Origin: Amphiscolops sp. MND2022
Lineage: Eukaryota
Direction: 5' to 3'
DNA: 64,000 nt
Assembly (NCBI GenBank): GCA_964187785.1
Contig: OZ076409.1
Location: forward strand, 68,264,001-68,328,000
In this document: one piece after another, positions 1 through 13,167 of the stretch
Layout of the letters: every line of letters starts with the position of its first letter
Numbering within the stretch: position 1 is the stretch's first letter
Notes under the pieces: model-generated
Databases searched by the model: none
Told to the model about the DNA's origin: nothing
Seen by the model: the letters and a program-made list of their open reading frames with translations, nothing else
Translations under genes and position numbers: made by a program

Positions 1-1596
1 TGCACTGATCACGCTTTTGTCCTTTATACTATAGTATCATTCTACTTAGCCCAAAGAAAAAGGCTGTTTGTCACATTCATTGACTATGAGAAAGCGTTCG
101 ATCGCGTTGATCATAATTTACTCTGGATGAAGTTGGCTTCATGTACGATTAATGGTAAAGTCCTGTCGGTCATAAAGAACCTTTATGAAAAAACAAAAGC
201 GTGTGTAAACGTTAATGGGTCTCTTACCGATGTTTTTGAATGTCGAATAGGAGTAAGGCAAGGTGATAATCTATCACCTCTACTCTTCATTGTGTTTTTG
301 AATGACTTCCAAACCTTCGTGTCGTCGAAGTTCACTGGCCTGCAACCAGATGTTTTAGCCCAAAATGTACAATGTTTTTTGAAGCTTTTTGTGCTTCTGT
401 ATGCGGATGATACACTGCTGTTAACCGAAACAGAGAGTGACATGCAGAGAGCAGTTGATGCGACCTTGCTATACTGCAAGCAAAACAGAATGAATATAAA
501 TATTGATAAAACAAAGTATATGATTTTTTCTAGGGGTAAAGTACGAAAAACCGTTCCCATACTTGCTGAAGGTAAAGCACTTGAGCGTGTTGACACATTC
601 TGCTACTTGGGAATCGTCTTTCGGTATAACAATACGTTTCAAGCTGCCATGAAATATAACATCGATAAAGCAAAAAAAGCATTGTTCAAAATGGAAACCC
701 TGCTTGGTAAAGTTGATCTAGAAATTGAGACGAAGCTACATCTTTTTGATACGATGGTTCTACCGATCTTGATCTATGGGTGCGAGGTTTGGGGTTTTGA
801 AGAAATTGAGCAAATTGAAGTTTTCCATAGGAATTTTTTGCGGCGTGTTTTACGTGTACGGAAAAGTGTCCCAAAAGGTATGATATATGGTGAACTAGGA
901 CGTCAAGAACTTAAATTTATTATCTGGCAAAGAATGGCTAACTTCTGGAAGAAAATCAATGTGCAACATAATTCATTTTCAAGTATAACGTTCCAATGGA
1001 TGAATAAAAATGTCCAGATAACAGCATGGCACCAAAGAATAAGGCAAATTTTGATTAACTGTGGTATACCATTTGCCGAGATGTATGCAGGCTATATCGC
1101 TGATGCAGAATTCAAAAAGTATGTGAAAGACAGATGCAATGAACTTGCATTTCAATCGTGGCAAGGTATGATACATAATAACTCGCTCTGTGACAACTAC
1201 CGACTGTATAAACATCGATTGGAACTTGAAACTTACTTGAAATTACTGAAGGGTCCAGCGAAATGGAGATTAGTTGACTTCAGGTGTGCTTCGTCAGCAC
1301 ACCCCAAAGTAATAACACGATATCTAGGACGTCCGGCAGAAGAATGTACACTATGTGGGCTGCCAGGAACTCCAGATGAGTACCATCTCCTGTTTGTGTG
1401 TAAAAAGTTTGAAAATAGACGTAAGATCCTTTTACCCGGACTTTATCAATCATCCCCGAATGTTATCAAGTATGACCAGCTGATGAATACCAATAATATA
1501 AAGCTCTTGAAAAATCTTTCTGTTTTATGTGGTGCTATCCATGATATGCTTCTACACACCTCAGCTGAAACAATGTTTAGTTCGTTAAATTTGTAA
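1..1596 (+). CDS. Non-LTR retrotransposon (LINE) reverse transcriptase ORF, 5' part outside the window
   Basis: Frame 1 is open from base 1 (CTDHAF...FIDYEKAFDRV). RT motifs GVRQGDNLSPLLF, LLYADD and YLG are present, with a C-terminal CxxC...DEYHLLFVC zinc motif. No internal stops. Confidence 0.92.
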   Translation, partial: CTDHAFVLYTIVSFYLAQRKRLFVTFIDYEKAFDRVDHNLLWMKLASCTINGKVLSVIKNLYEKTKACVNVNGSLTDVFECRIGVRQGDNLSPLLFIVFLNDFQTFVSSKFTGLQPDVLAQNVQCFLKLFVLLYADDTLLLTETESDMQRAVDATLLYCKQNRMNINIDKTKYMIFSRGKVRKTVPILAEGKALERVDTFCYLGIVFRYNNTFQAAMKYNIDKAKKALFKMETLLGKVDLEIETKLHLFDTMVLPILIYGCEVWGFEEIEQIEVFHRNFLRRVLRVRKSVPKGMIYGELGRQELKFIIWQRMANFWKKINVQHNSFSSITFQWMNKNVQITAWHQRIRQILINCGIPFAEMYAGYIADAEFKKYVKDRCNELAFQSWQGMIHNNSLCDNYRLYKHRLELETYLKLLKGPAKWRLVDFRCASSAHPKVITRYLGRPAEECTLCGLPGTPDEYHLLFVCKKFENRRKILLPGLYQSSPNVIKYDQLMNTNNIKLLKNLSVLCGAIHDMLLHTSAETMFSSLNL

Positions 1597-1640
1597 GCCT
1601 GCGGGCAACAAATAATAATAATAAATCTTCTTCTTCTTCA
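1597..1640 (+). repeat. LINE 3' end: very short UTR with (AAT)n/AATAAA and (TCT)n tail
   Basis: gcctgcgggcaacaaataataataataaatcttcttcttcttc follows the stop directly; microsatellite tails are typical of several LINE clades. Confidence 0.7.
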
Positions 1641-1969
1641 TAATAGTCGCGTTTCACTTCATGATGCGCCGACCAAAACGGAAAGTGCTTCTCTCAGCTG
1701 ATTTTTGTTTCTAATTTTGTCATAGTCGCTTTTATAGTCAAAAGAGAAAGTTTCTTCCACGGAATTCAACGACCGAAAAAATATTTTCGTGACACATTTG
1801 TGGTTCCGTATTATTTTTTTCAATCAGCCGGAAGTGATCATGAAAATTCTACAAAAATTCTAATTTCAAATTGATTAAATGTGTCTACCCATTCATATTT
1901 TGTCATCTTAAGATTATATTATTAGGATTGTAAAAAACTTGAGTGTTATTTTAAAATAATTTTCCGAAA

Positions 1970-2340
1970 AGGATCCCCGTTGGCTTTTTGATATTTTTGG
2001 ATAGAAAAAAGTATTTTTAAGATCAAAGTGTCACCCCTTCGGTTTTCTTGATTATTATGCAACTGTTATAGGAAAATTTTCGTTTCGCAAAAAGTTTCTC
2101 GCTTTGGTTCACTGGTGATAAAACATTTTTAAAAAGCTCTGGTTCTTTGTATTTCTGGTGAGAAAATTTTTTTTTAAATGCAAAGGCGTTTTTGGAACTT
2201 CATATTGAAAATTTTTCGAATATTTTGGAACATTTCTAACCGTATTTTTTAAACATTGAAAATTCCTTGACGCTCGAATGAAGTACTTTCGCTTTTTGTG
2301 AGCCTTAAACGGCGCCAATTTATGAAGTTTCGGGCTTGTT
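1970..2340 (+). mobile_element. Old degenerate copy of the HINE-like repeat (3' part)
   Basis: Ends in ...gagccttaaacggcgccaatttatgaagtttcgggcttgtt, a diverged version of the 3' end at 2795-2839. Start boundary is approximate. Confidence 0.45.
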
Positions 2341-2351
2341 GGAGATATCTA

Positions 2352-2839
2352 TTTTTAGTCGGCGCTTTTCTTAAGAAGAGAGCCCGACTATTAGAGTCAC
2401 TCGTTTTTTTTTATTTTTTTTTCATTTAAGACAGACTCGAAGCGACGAACGTTAACGTTCAACTAAAGGAAACTAAATACCAGGGAAACGCATGTAAATT
2501 ATTCCAAAGGATCCCCCTTTGGTTTTTTACTTTTTAAACGTTACCTACAAGCCCGGACGGGACTAAAGGGTCCCCCCTTTCGATTTTTTTCGGCACTGCG
2601 ACTTTTTTTCGAAATTTTTTTTATGTCCCCAAAGGGTCCCCCCTTTGAGTTTTTTGTTATTTTGCTACAGAATGTGTGTTTGTAAATCAAAAGGATCCCC
2701 CTTTTACATTTTTCGGCACCGTGCGACATTTTCCAAAAGAAAATTTTTTTTCGAAAATTTCAAGTTTTTTTCCAAAAAAAATGTTTTGCGCTTTTTGAGC
2801 CTTAGATATAGCGCCGACTTGAGACGTTCCCGTCTTGTT
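2352..2839 (+). mobile_element. Non-autonomous Helentron/HINE (DINE-1-like) element
   Basis: 5' subTIR AGTCGGCGCT (2357-2366) sits in a stem-loop with GCCCGACT. 3' subTIR AGCGCCGACT (2810-2819) is followed by hairpin AGACG-ttcc-CGTCT (2822-2835). Ends are T-rich and further copies occur in the window. Confidence 0.7.
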
Positions 2840-4389
2840 TAATATTTGTTGAAACATGAGCCTAAAATTCAAGAAGTACGAAACTTTGTTGCAAATCTTT
2901 GTACAAGTTTTCTGAAGGCTGAAATAAAAATATAATATTGCTTTCAGGCTCTTCATACGATTATTACTTTTAAAGTATTCTTTTAATTCATGAAGTCTAA
3001 TTTTTGAGCTCTTCAAGGATTTTTAAACGGTTTTTTGTACGCATGTTGAAAAAATATGACTGAGTTGAAATCATTCCGATGCTTAGTGTTAGTTTTGTTC
3101 CAGAGTCACTCAAAAATTCGAAGCTATCGATAACTAAAGCCGTTCTAATTGAAAGAAAAATTGAACTGAGAAACAATTGACTTGCCTGTGTGAATTGATC
3201 AGGTATTTTCAATATTCAGTTGCTTCGTTTTATTCAGAGAAAACCAGCAATCCAACCTCTCTTAATTATTAACTACGACTGGTGGCGAGAAATCATTTTC
3301 ATGAATATTGACAAATTGCGGATATAAATATTTGACTACTACATCTATGTTGTAACTATTTAGAAAGAGGTTCGAAATTTTCTAGGAAGTCAAAGCTTTA
3401 TTTTTGTTTGTTTCAATATATCAACTACATAGATGGTGAATTATCGTGCCAAAATTAAAGTTATTATATTTCTATTTTAGGACAAATAGAACAAATAGCA
3501 GTTTTGAAACAATTGTAGAAAAATTAAATATCCGGTTGCAACACTTGCGGAATTTCAATAATTCGATTATGATCATGACAACACAAAAGAGTTTGGTTTG
3601 GAATCGTTTCGGTTTCAATTGAAACGAATCATGCAGAGAAAAACATTTTCTTATTACAATAACTGCATTATCTCAGTTACACAGGGATCTCTTTTCCTTG
3701 ATGTAATTCTTTGCATTGGTTTCAAAAAGGATTCATGGTTTAGAAAAAAGCGTCAAAACAGTGTGCGATGAGAATGATGGTGGTTGAGTTTTTCTTAGCA
3801 TGAGCGCTCACTACAACTCACTTGATAAAATGATATTTCGAAAATATTGAATCATCGTTGTAAACCGAAAACTGCATTAAGCGCTCGAAAACCTTCTCAA
3901 AATTCAATCAGAATTACAGGTTTATTTTTTGTTTTGAACTCAAACAAAAGTTACGAAAGTTAGCTATCGATTGTTATCGTTAATTTTTGACTTATAACAG
4001 TTTTCGAAGTTTATCATGGAATAGCTCCGGAACCGCTTTCCTGACAAAGACTGTTCGAAACAAACGTTGTACGTTTGACTCAGATCTCTAACTTTTGAAT
4101 TCAACTCTTTTTGAAAGAAAGTGCCCTCCTTTAAAAAATCCACTGCAAAAGATCTCAAAATGCGAAATCTTCAACTTTTACTCCGTAAAAATATTGTTTT
4201 ACAACTGTTGGAGTTACAACTGTTTTTGGTTGTTCAAGAAAACTTGTCCAGACAAAATGTTAGATTTAAAAGTTGCAGTCAATGCTACAAAATGATCGAA
4301 AAAGATTTTTCTTTTGACCAGTAGTTTCTAAAATATTCCTTTAAAAACTTCGAAAAATTCCAAAATTTCTCTATTTACAAAAAGATGAC

Positions 4390-4559
4390 TGTTATAACTT
4401 CGAAGGTAACAAAATAATGTAAGAGGTCAATAGTGAATTCAAGCGTTTTTGTTTGGGTAATAAATGATGTACCAATGTAACTAGCAGTATTATGGCAGCT
4501 ACTTCAATATGATTACATAATATCGTTATGTAATGTCTGACCTCTAGACTCACTCCACA
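4390..4559 (-). repeat. 3' LTR of Gypsy A
   Basis: Direct repeat of 10097-10266. Polypurine tract AAGAGGGAAGGAA (minus, 4560-4572) is adjacent. Confidence 0.9.
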
Positions 4560-4876
4560 TTCCTTCCCTCTTGGGTAATAAGATAAGTAACATAAACGTA
4601 GCTTCATATGGACAAGTTAAGTACAGCAATATATGTACGTATTGATTTACATGTAAACATTGTATGAACATAATAAGCATCGGTCACTTGTGTTTTTTTA
4701 TTGTTTTTTTTTCACAGCCGGCGAATGTTTCATGATGCTTCTTTTCTCCGTTCCTTTTCTTCCCTCCTTCTCTCTGCCGTTGCTCATGTTTACTCCCACG
4801 GCTTCTCCGTTTGCTGGTTCATTATCTTCTCTACTGTGTTTCCTGCAAATATCAATGTGTTATTGGATTTCCTAGT

Positions 4877-7800
4877 CTAATTATAGGATTTAATACGGGT
4901 TGATCTTCGGACATGTACATTATTATTTTCTGGTTCTATCATTTCCGTTTTTATATTATAGTTATTTTCATTACCGTTGTTGTCGATGATGGTTACATTG
5001 TTGGGATCTTCGGCTATTGTTTCCATTGCTTGTTGCAATTGACCTTCGTTCATGTTCTCGACATGCATTTTGAGGTTTTTTCTCCGGGGTGTTAGTTTTT
5101 GTACTCTTTGGTTGCTTTGTTCTTCTTCTCCCGATTTGTATTGATGCCGGAAAGTCAAAGCTGTCATCTAGAGTGTCGATTGATGTATTCGGAGTGCTCG
5201 GGGACGTGTTCTTCGGTTTCTTCTGGTTCTGTTTCTTCTGGTTCTTCTTCGATGTCTTCTTCTGTTGGTGGTGATGGTTTCTGAGCAAATTTTCCGTCTG
5301 GCCCCCTCGTGTTCCCCCCCGTCGTGATAAGGGGTTCTGAAACGAATTTGGTAATGGGTTACTGATTAATTTTCGGCGTATGATTTTATTCGTATCCGTG
5401 GTTATTGTGTGTTTTGTTCCGCCTATGGCTGTTTGTAGTTTTGTTTCGTAATTACTTTCGAATTTGTTTTTGTTTTGTTTTTTCTTTTCTAACAATTTGG
5501 TGTAGAAATTTGTTACTGACGTCGCATTTCAGTTTGCGTGAGTCCTTCATTATGAGTTGGTCTTACTCGCCAACCCCGTTGTTAAATGAGTACACCTGTA
5601 GAGTCTCCGGTCGTGCTGAAACAATTTCATTTATATCCGTTGGTATGTTTAAATAACTTGTTTAAGGCTTGAAAAATATCGAGGCTTTTTTCCGTAGTGC
5701 CTCTCGAACGGCGTTTCTTTTATGCTTGAATGGATGGTCGTGCGCAAAACGGTTAATGGTCGACTTAATGATTGGCTTACTGTACATTGATCCTCCAGAT
5801 TTGTTTTCATATGATCTTTCAGCGTTTTTATGCCTCTTTCAACTAGGCTTCTCGCTGTGTGTATATATAGCGTACCATATATTAGTTTAATTTTTAGTTT
5901 TTTACAGATAGATCTGAAATCGTTTCCTGTAAAAGCCGTTACTTTGTCTGTTCTAATTACTTGTGGTATGCCGTTTAGTAAAATGTATTATTCCAGAAAA
6001 GTTTTTGCGGTTTTCCCATTTGGTTCCTCACAAATGCATGCTGCTGGCCATCTACTATATCGGTCGATGGATATTGAGATAAAGAATCTCCGCTGTTTAA
6101 ATCTTATCGGACCGATGAAGTCCAATTGAATTTCTTCATTTTGTTTATCGGCCGGTGGTAAATAATTTATTTCTGACATCGGATTTTGTGGTTTAATTGA
6201 CTTACCGGCCATTTTGCACCGGAAATATTCGTCGCATTTGTTTGGTATCTCCTTTGTTAGTTTCGGCCACCAAAATGGCTTGGCTGCAGCGGACATTTTG
6301 TTGATTGCCGGGTGTCCTTAATGGAGTAGGGTGACTATTGTTCTTCTCAATGCTTGCGGGATTAATTTTTTTGTCGTCGTAGAAGACAACGCCGAATCTC
6401 CTTGACAGGTGTTTTGTATATCCTTTGTTCTTCTCTGGTATTAGTTCTATGGTTTTTATCTCTATGCACACCAGCGTTTTTAGTAATTTCTCGTCGTCGG
6501 TTTTTTCCCCCGCAATGGTTTTCAAGTCTGTAGCGAAATTTTGTTCCACTTGGTGGATTGTTTCTTCTAAATCCCAGTCCATATTTGTTTGTACTTTGCT
6601 GGCCTTTCCCATGTTTATGTATCTAACACTGGTTGCTCCCAGGTAGCGTTTGAAGTTAATCACCGGTACTGCGATTGTGTTTTCTGAACCGGAGGACATT
6701 GTTTCTGCATCTTCGAATTCCGGTGTTTCTGGGTCAGGCTGTGTTTCTCCCGTTTGATGTCTGCTTGTTCCTTGTCCGGTTTCGTTCGGTTTTTGTAGGT
6801 TTCGTATTTTGTCTACTATTCTGTGGAACTCTTTTTTTCGTTCAATTTGTTCTTGTGTCTCCTTGTTTATTCCTTCCATTCTTTGCCACAAAAGCTTGTT
6901 TCTTCTTTGCCATAACTCGATTTCCTTGGGTGTAGCGGTAATCTCCAGGTTTTGTTTTTTCTTTCCATCGAGTTGTTAATTTCAATGTTTCTCCGGAGGG
7001 GTCTTCTTTCTCAATTATTCGACTGTTTTAAGATTTGTTTTACTGTTTTGAGTTTGTTTATCTTGGTGACGATAAGTGTAAACTGAATTTTGTGGTGATA
7101 GCAACGAACTGCGATTCTGTTGTTGGTTGTTGCTCGTCTGTAGCTTCAGCACGTAACTTGAATTTGATTGGTTGTTCGTTTGTGTGAGTTCATTTGGTTC
7201 GTTCCTGTTATGGTTTCTTTTTCATCGGTGATGCTGCCGTAATTGTTGATGAACTACAGTAAGGGGATTATGCAAATGATTACATATTCTTCGTCGTAAT
7301 TTTCTATTGACTCCGTCTTTGAAATTGGATTTCTGCTTAGATAATCGGTTAATTTCAAATGTTTGCCTGCAACGTGTTTTATTTGAATATCGAAGTGCGC
7401 CAATCTGTCCAACCATTTTGTTAATCTTGAGCTGTAGGTTTTATTCGATCTATTTCTTTTATTTAATGGTTCCAGCGCTTGATGATCAGTTAATAAATCA
7501 ACCGGTCTACAATAAATGTATAATCGAAAGTGTTCCAGTCCCCACACTACTGCCAACAGTTCCAGTTCGTTTATTGCATATTTCTTTTCCGTGTCCGATA
7601 AAAGTCCGCTTGCGAATCCGATCAGTTTTAAATTTCCGTCTTTTTGTTTCTGCCATAGTGTGGCTCCCAGTCCTTTTGTGCTTGCGTCCGTTTTCGTTTT
7701 TCGGATTATAATATGCTAGGTATGGTAACTGTGTTATTAGTTTTTTTAAGTTGTTGAAGGCGTTTGTATGCTCTTCTGTCCAATTCCACTAGTTTTGCTT

Positions 7801-10083
7801 TTTTTAGTAATTTTCTGAGTACATCTGTCTGTGCCGACAAACTTTCGATATACTTTGACAAGTATTGTATTGCCCGAAGGAAGGATTTTAATTCTTTTTC
7901 TTTTTTCGGTCTTTCTATTTTTGTTATCGCTTCCAATTTGTCTTGTAAAGGTCGTATTCTTTTTTGGTCTATTTTGTGTCCAATCCATTCTGTTCTTTTC
8001 TGAAAACTTCGCATTTTTTCGGGTTTAGTCTATATCCTGCTTCTTCCAATTTCTTCATCGTTTCTTTTATCTCTGTTTCGTGTTTTCCTGCGCTTCCTTT
8101 GGTGACAATTATTATGTCATTCAACCAAGCAGGGTATTTGAATTCGAGTGTTTTGTCTATCCGTTCCTGAGAGATAGTTGGTATATCTGCCAGTCCATAG
8201 AATCCTTTCAGGAAACGGTAGTATCCCGTGAATTCTCCGCCTGTGACCGTGAATATGCACAAGTTTCTAGTTTGTTCATCTAGTCTGAAGTGACCATAGG
8301 CGTAATCGAAGTCCAGTTTTGTAATTTGTATTTCACCTTCTTTTTCTTCTGATTTCTTCCTTGATATTCTTGATATCAGTTCTTCCATGTTTGGCATTTG
8401 TGCTTCTCGTTAGATTGTTGCTTCGTTTAGTTCTCTCGAATTCACTGCAGTTTTTATTGACTTGTCTTTCTTTATCGTTATCACTGCGGGACTCACAAAA
8501 CAATCTTCGTTAATTTCTGTTGCTCTTTCCAGATATCCGTTCCTTATCAATCTCTTCAATTCTTCGGCTACTTGGTCTTGTAATTCGATTGGTATTGGAC
8601 TTCTTTTTTGTTGTATTATGTTTGCATTTTCTTTTAGATTTATCTTGACTACGGTGTCCTTTATTTCGGTGTTGTTGTAAAACAAATCTTTGAATTCGTT
8701 CTTCAATTTCAGGATTCTCTTTTCGTTTTCGTCCATTCTTATGTTGTGTCTTTTGATAGCTTTGGTATTTGAGTTGGTTGTTTTTTTTCAGCCGTTTCAT
8801 CCAGTCTAATCCCATTAACGGTGTTATGTTTGCCTTTAAAATTAATAGTGGCAGTTGTAGTGTTGTTGTGTTTGTTTGCACAGTTGCATTTGTTTGTCCG
8901 ATAAATTCGATCTTGTTATCAATTACATATTTGTAATCATTGTTCATTTTCTCCACTTTTGTTATTTCGTTGAACAGGCGTTGAGGTAATAGGGTTACTG
9001 GAGAGCCGCTGTCAAGGATGAATTTTTTTGGTGCGTTGTTGACCAATAAGGTTACATAGATATAATCGTTTTTCTTTTTGTTGTTGTTCATTTTCTGGAT
9101 TTTGTCTTAATCCCAGTTATCTTCTTCCGCTGATGATGTTGCTTTGTCCACATACAGTATTCTTTTAGGTATACGGCACATCTTTTCTTATTGTTCTCTC
9201 TTCTTACAGTTTCTGCATTCAACCAACGGATTTGGCGGGACATATATGCTGTCTTGTCTAGTTTGGTGCTCCACATTGTCCGCACCGGTTATCTTTATGT
9301 TTTTTTTGTGGTACTCCGGGCTTCTTTTGTTTTTCTCGTAACTAGGTTTTTCTTGCCATTTTCTTTTTTGTGGCCGTTCTTGTACATGTTTGACATCTCT
9401 TCCGTCGTTTGAGTTGTTTGAATCGTTTAGACGGTCATACTTGTATTGGTGTATCAAGTCCGTTATTGTCTCTATTGTCATGTCACTCTTCCGGATCTTT
9501 TTCTTTATTTCGTAATTACCCGTAGATCTTCCGATGAGGGATAAGAGATTTGATGCAATTAGTTCTACTGGAGGTACTTTATCAAATTCACAGTTTTTCT
9601 CAGTTTGCAAGATCCTTGTCCAGACGTCCTCTGCCGTCTCGTTTGGTTCCCTCGTTATTCCAAAGAAGTCAGCCCGACTATGGAATTTATTTCTTTCGGG
9701 TATAAAGTGAAGTCGGAATAGAGCGTACAATTGATTGATATTCATCTTGTTTGGGTCGTTATCTCTTACTGTCTTTGTCATCTCCGTTACTGCAGCTTCG
9801 CCCAATGCCCAAATGAATATATCTTTGATCTTCCAGTTCTTCTCGGAATTCAGGTAATATTTCTTTGTCAGTTGTCATGTTTTTTAGGTCGATATCTTGA
9901 GTCATTTTGACGTATTGTATGAATCTTCTCCACCATAGTTTGGCTTCTTGTATGGTCTTCTTCGAAAATAGGTAGTGTAATCGTTTGGTGAGGTTTTGTT
10001 CTACCTTTCCTATCAGATTCTTCACTAGAAGAATTTGGTCCCGTCGCCTCGTTCGTAATAATTTTTTGACTACTTGAAGTCAT
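4877..10083 (-). pseudogene. Fragmented gag-pol of Gypsy A
   Basis: gag fragments at 9188-10025, protease FILDSGSPVT at 8510-9091, RT at 7706-8736 (WLNDIII in place of the DD motif), RNase H (TDHQAL, LTDYLSR) at 7254-7556, integrase (IQLDFIGP, DRYSRWP) at ~5600-6300. Many frameshifts and stops. Confidence 0.88.
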
Positions 10084-10086
10084 TCT

Positions 10087-10096
10087 GACTGCGCCA
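10087..10096 (-). promoter_or_regulatory. Primer binding site TGGCGCAGTC (probably tRNA-Ser type)
   Basis: Immediately follows the 5' LTR on the minus strand and begins TGG. The tRNA assignment is from recall. Confidence 0.75.
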
Positions 10097-10266
10097 TGTT
10101 CTAACTTCGAAGGTAACAAAATAATGTAATAGGTCAATACTGAATTCTAGCGTTTTTGTATGGGTAATAAATGATGTATCAATGTAGCTAGCAGTATTAT
10201 GGCAGGTACTTTAATATGATTACATAATATCGTTATGTAATGTCTGACCTCTAGACTCACTCCACA
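10097..10266 (-). repeat. 5' LTR of Gypsy A
   Basis: TG...CA direct repeat of 4390-4559; a third copy lies at 11581-11750 inside the tandem duplication. Confidence 0.9.
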
Positions 10267-13167
10267 ATGCCTTTTTAATTTTTGATTCGATTTCAAAACG
10301 AAAAACCTTCGCATTGCTGATCAAAATTCGAGATTTGCCCCGGAAACAAGCTTTTTTGTGAAGTGAATAGTTAAAAAGAAAATACGCTTTGAAAAGTTCT
10401 CTAACGAAATCGGCTGTCTTTAGTTTTTTGGTACCCTATAGTGCATGCCCTTTGTTGGCGACATTTTGAATAAACTTCAGATTTTTCTAGGAATGTTTTT
10501 GAAAAGTACTTTTTTCTGAAGTTTCTTTAAAACTGTAGTGCCACTTTGATTTTTAGCAATTACAAAACGTTCTGCGAGCATAGAGGCCTCCTTTATAGTG
10601 TTTCGGCTCAATGCGAGTTGCCGCAAATTTTCTAAAGACAAAATAGGGTTTTTTGGAAAAAAATTTTCTCGCAAATCGAAAAAATCTTTCAATTTGTTTT
10701 GTAATTTTTGTCGAGGAAACCCGTTTTCCAAGTATAGAGGGCGACCGTAAATTTGATAAACATTATCACAATTGAGTCCCTTTGCATATTTGAAACACTT
10801 TAGTCTGTTGAAGCATTGAGGGGAAAGTCGTTCCTGGCTTGTTTACAACTCGAACAGAAAGTACACTACAAAATTATTCTTTTTGTTTTGACCTAAGTCA
10901 ATATTCAAAACGCATTTTCACTGGAATAATTGGACACTACAGAAACGTGAACAAAAATGACTTGGCATCCAGAATTCAAACAACCGGGGAACGGCATAAG
11001 TTGGCACCCTGCTTAAGGCTCAAAAAGAACAAAAGTACTTCAAAACCAAGACTCCCCTTTCGAATAAATTCTCAATTTCATCGTACTGAAAAAAAAATGG
11101 GAAAGGGGACTCTTTGAGAGTAAAAGTTTTTTTTTTGCTTTTATTGCCACCAGAAACATCAAACACCAAAATAATTCTGCATTTTTTCCACGATAAACAA
11201 CAATACTGCAGTGCGAACGCTTTTGTAAACTGAACATTTTCCAAAAACTTGCAGTGCCAAAAAAAAACGAAAAAGGGGACCTATGGAGTTTGGTACATCT
11301 CTTCAAATTATTAAAGAAAAAAATTCTCAGAATTCAGGTAATATTTCTTTGTCAGTTGTCATGTTTTTTAGGTCGATATCTTGAGTCATTTTGACGTATT
11401 GTATGAATCTTCTCCACCATAGTTTGGCTTCTTGTATGGTCTTCTTCGAAAATAGGTAGTGTAATCGTTTGGTGAGGTTTTGTTCTACCTTTCCTATCAG
11501 ATTCTTCACTAGAAGAATTTGGTCCCGTCGCCTCGTTCGTAATAATTTTTTGACTACTTGAAGTCATTCTGACTGCGCCATGTTCTAACTTCGAAGGTAA
11601 CAAAATAATGTAATAGGTCAATACTGAATTCTAGCGTTTTTGTATGGGTAATAAATGATGTATCAATGTAGCTAGCAGTATTATGGCAGGTACTTTAATA
11701 TGATTACATAATATTGTTATGTAATGTCTGACCTCTAGACTCACTCCACAATGACTTTTTAATTTTTGATTCGATTTCAAAACGAAAAACCTTCGCATTG
11801 CTGATCAAAATTCGAGATTTGCCCCGGAAACAAGCTTTTTTGTGAAGTGAATAGTTAAAAAGAAAATACGCTTTGAAAAGTTCTCTAACGAAATCGGCTG
11901 TCTTTAGTTTTTTGGTACCCTATAGTGCATGCCCTTTGTTGGCGACATTTTGAATAAACTTCAGATTTTTCTAGGAATGTTTTTGAAAAGTACTTTTTTC
12001 TGAAGTTTCTTTAAAACTGTAGTGCCACTTTGATTTTTAGCAATTACAAAACGTTCTGCGAGCATAGAGGCCTCCTTTATAGTGTTTCGGCTCAATGCGA
12101 GTTGCCGCAAATTTTCTAAAGACAAAATAGGGTTTTTTGGAAAAAAATTTTCTCGCAAATCGAAAAAATCTTTCAATTTGTTTTGTAATTTTTGTCGAGG
12201 AAACCCGTTTTCCAAGTATAGAGGGCGACCGTAAATTTGATAAACATTATCACAATTGAGTCCCTTTGCATATTTGAAACACTTTAGTCTGTTGAAGCAT
12301 TGAGGGGAAAGTCGTTCCTGGCTTGTTTACAACTTGAACAGAAAGTACACTACAAAATTATTCTTTTTGTTTTGACCTAAGTCAATATTCAAAACGCATT
12401 TTCACTGGAATAATTGGACACTACAGAAACGTGAACAAAAATGACTTGGCATCCAGAATTCAAACAACCGGGGAACGGCATAAGTTGGCACCCTGCTTAA
12501 GGCTCAAAAAGAACAAAAGTACTTCAAAACCAAGACTCCCCTTTCGAATAAATTCTCAATTTCATCGTACTGAAAAAAAATGGGAAAGGGGACTCTTTGA
12601 GAGTAAAAGTTTTTTTTTGCTTTTATTGCCACCAGAAACATCAAACACCAAAATAATTCTGCATTTTTTCCACGATAAACAACAATACTGCAGTGCGAAC
12701 GCTTTTGTAAACTGAACATTTTCCAAAAACTTGCAGTGCCAAAAAAAACGAAAAAGGGGACCTATGGAGTTTGGTACATCTCTTCAAATTATTAAAGAAA
12801 AAAAACGGTGACTCTTAGGAAAACTTGAGTTTTGTTTGCAAAAAAAATTCACAGTGCCGAAAAAAACCTATTAGGATTCCAAAAATATCGAATCCGAAAA
12901 TTTGTCAAAATAGGAATGGGGGAGCCCTTTTCCACTAAGTTGCCAATTTGTAGAAATTTTGTAGAATTTTGCATTTTGGCATTTGGCATGAAATGATCAC
13001 TTAGACTGGATCAAAAGACAAAATGACGGAAACTCGCCATAATTTCGTGCAGGGGCGACTACTCAACTCACACAAAAGAAGTTCGAAGTCCATTTTTATT
13101 ACTCAGGTTGCATTGTGTATTGAACAGCGAATTTGTGCTGCGTATTTTGGCAGTATATAGTGTTTCG

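Larger units (their letters stand above)
4390..10266 (-). mobile_element. Gypsy LTR retrotransposon A (decayed, 170-bp LTRs)
   Basis: TG...CA LTRs at 4390-4559 and 10097-10266. Flanks ATGAC / ATGCC (ATGAC in the duplicated copy). PBS and PPT present. Domain order gag-PR-RT-RH-IN on the minus strand. Confidence 0.92.
9840..12805. repeat. Tandem duplication of ~1484 bp (9840-11323 / 11324-~12805)
   Basis: Identical ORFs at offset 1484 (9868/11352, 10477/11961), with a few substitutions and homopolymer differences. Confidence 0.95.
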
